NCBI GenBank assembly: GCA_032718475.1
Contig: JAUCBJ010004733.1
Location: 1-33,582 of the forward strand
Source of the DNA: Nemertoderma westbladi
Lineage: Eukaryota; Animalia; Xenacoelomorpha
Length of the DNA stretch: 33,582 bases
Direction: 5' to 3'
Position 1 is the stretch's first letter, and each line of letters begins with the position of its first letter. Made by a program: the position numbers and the translations under genes. Below are positions 32,782 to 33,582 of this stretch, piece after piece. The notes beneath the pieces are model-generated. The model ran no database searches, was not told the origin of the DNA, and was given only the letters and a program-made list of their open reading frames with translations.

Positions 32782-33355
32782 GGGTTAAAATCACTAAAAG
32801 TGGCCAAACTTAAAGATGGGATTTTCGTCAAAAAATTTTTCTTTCAAAACCTATAAACATATATATCATTCGAAAGCTCTTTTTAAGAAGAATTCGATGA
32901 GCACGTTGGTCAGCTATTAAAATTTATTTCACTAATTCTATTTGGGTTTTAAGTTTTTTTAGTTAGTTTAAGTTTTAATGCCATTTTCGCATAGTAATAG
33001 ATAGAGCCTGTAATGGGGACACATTACAGGGGTGGACATTTCCTGCTTATTCTTATTTCAATAAACTTCTACATATTTTATAATGTTTGGGCAAGTTGAT
33101 AAGCCCGCTAAATTTCCTTTTCAAAAATGTGAACCAATAAGACTTATACGTTTCTTGGGAATATTTTATTGGCATTTTAAGTGGCATTACGGAGGGGGGG
33201 GGGGGGGGGAGGTGGGTGGGGTGGGGGGTCATAGCAAGCGACACACCCCGCCTTCGTAACTGTGAACTACCGGTACCCCTACATGATTATACTAACATGC
33301 TATTGGCTGAAATTTGGACAGCGAACATGGGAAAGATAGTTCTTTCATATAATAT
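32782..33355 (-). mobile_element. Partial inverted copy of the 20968-21888 element
   Basis: Begins with TIR gggttaaaatcactaaaagtggccaaa. Blocks at about 32870, 33010 and 33280-33345 are reverse complements of about 21770-21835, 21590-21640 and 21320-21395. Confidence 0.8.
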
Positions 33356-33582
33356 CCAGGTGGAGAGCGCAAATGGAGCATTTGCGCCGTGCGAGTGCAT
33401 GGCCGACGGCGTTGGCCATGTGGTATTGTTCTAGAATGTTACATTATTATTAATCCCATGTAAAGTTAAAAGTTAAAGCCCATGTTGCTGATGGAAAATA
33501 ACAAATGCCACAAATTTTGTTAAGGTCAGTTTTGTTTATACTTGAAGTCTTACATATATAAGTATACATGGGCATAATATTC

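Overview
AT-rich, transposon-dense genomic DNA from a eukaryote, most likely an invertebrate animal. The one clearly recognisable host gene is a + strand p90 ribosomal S6 kinase (RSK/RPS6KA) with three coding exons (12221-12771, 13503-14740, 16481-16953; 753 aa). A probable spliced orphan gene starts at 29182. The remainder comprises decayed RTE-clade LINE pieces, a 5'-truncated CR1-type LINE with an unbroken 936-codon EN+RT ORF2, several MITE-like elements, a Harbinger Myb/SANT remnant, palindromes and tandem arrays. Four observations stand out. (1) RSK intron 2 holds a 182-bp element with perfect 25-bp TIRs and a TTAA duplication (Kolobok-like ends); it encloses a tRNA-like Pol III cassette (A box, B box, T6) whose central arm is a type I hammerhead ribozyme. 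(2) The 4 kb upstream of RSK carries 31 counted 'NNNNN-CWG-NNNNN' micro-duplications. These match excision scars of a CAG...CTG-ended, 5-bp-TSD element that sits in the same region, nested in an inverted sibling copy. (3) A G_GGA_AAC slippery site links CR1 ORF1 to an ATG-less ORF2 in the -1 frame. (4) A 41-bp satellite appears to have grown out of an exon/splice-donor junction. All analysis was done by eye; no database searches were run.
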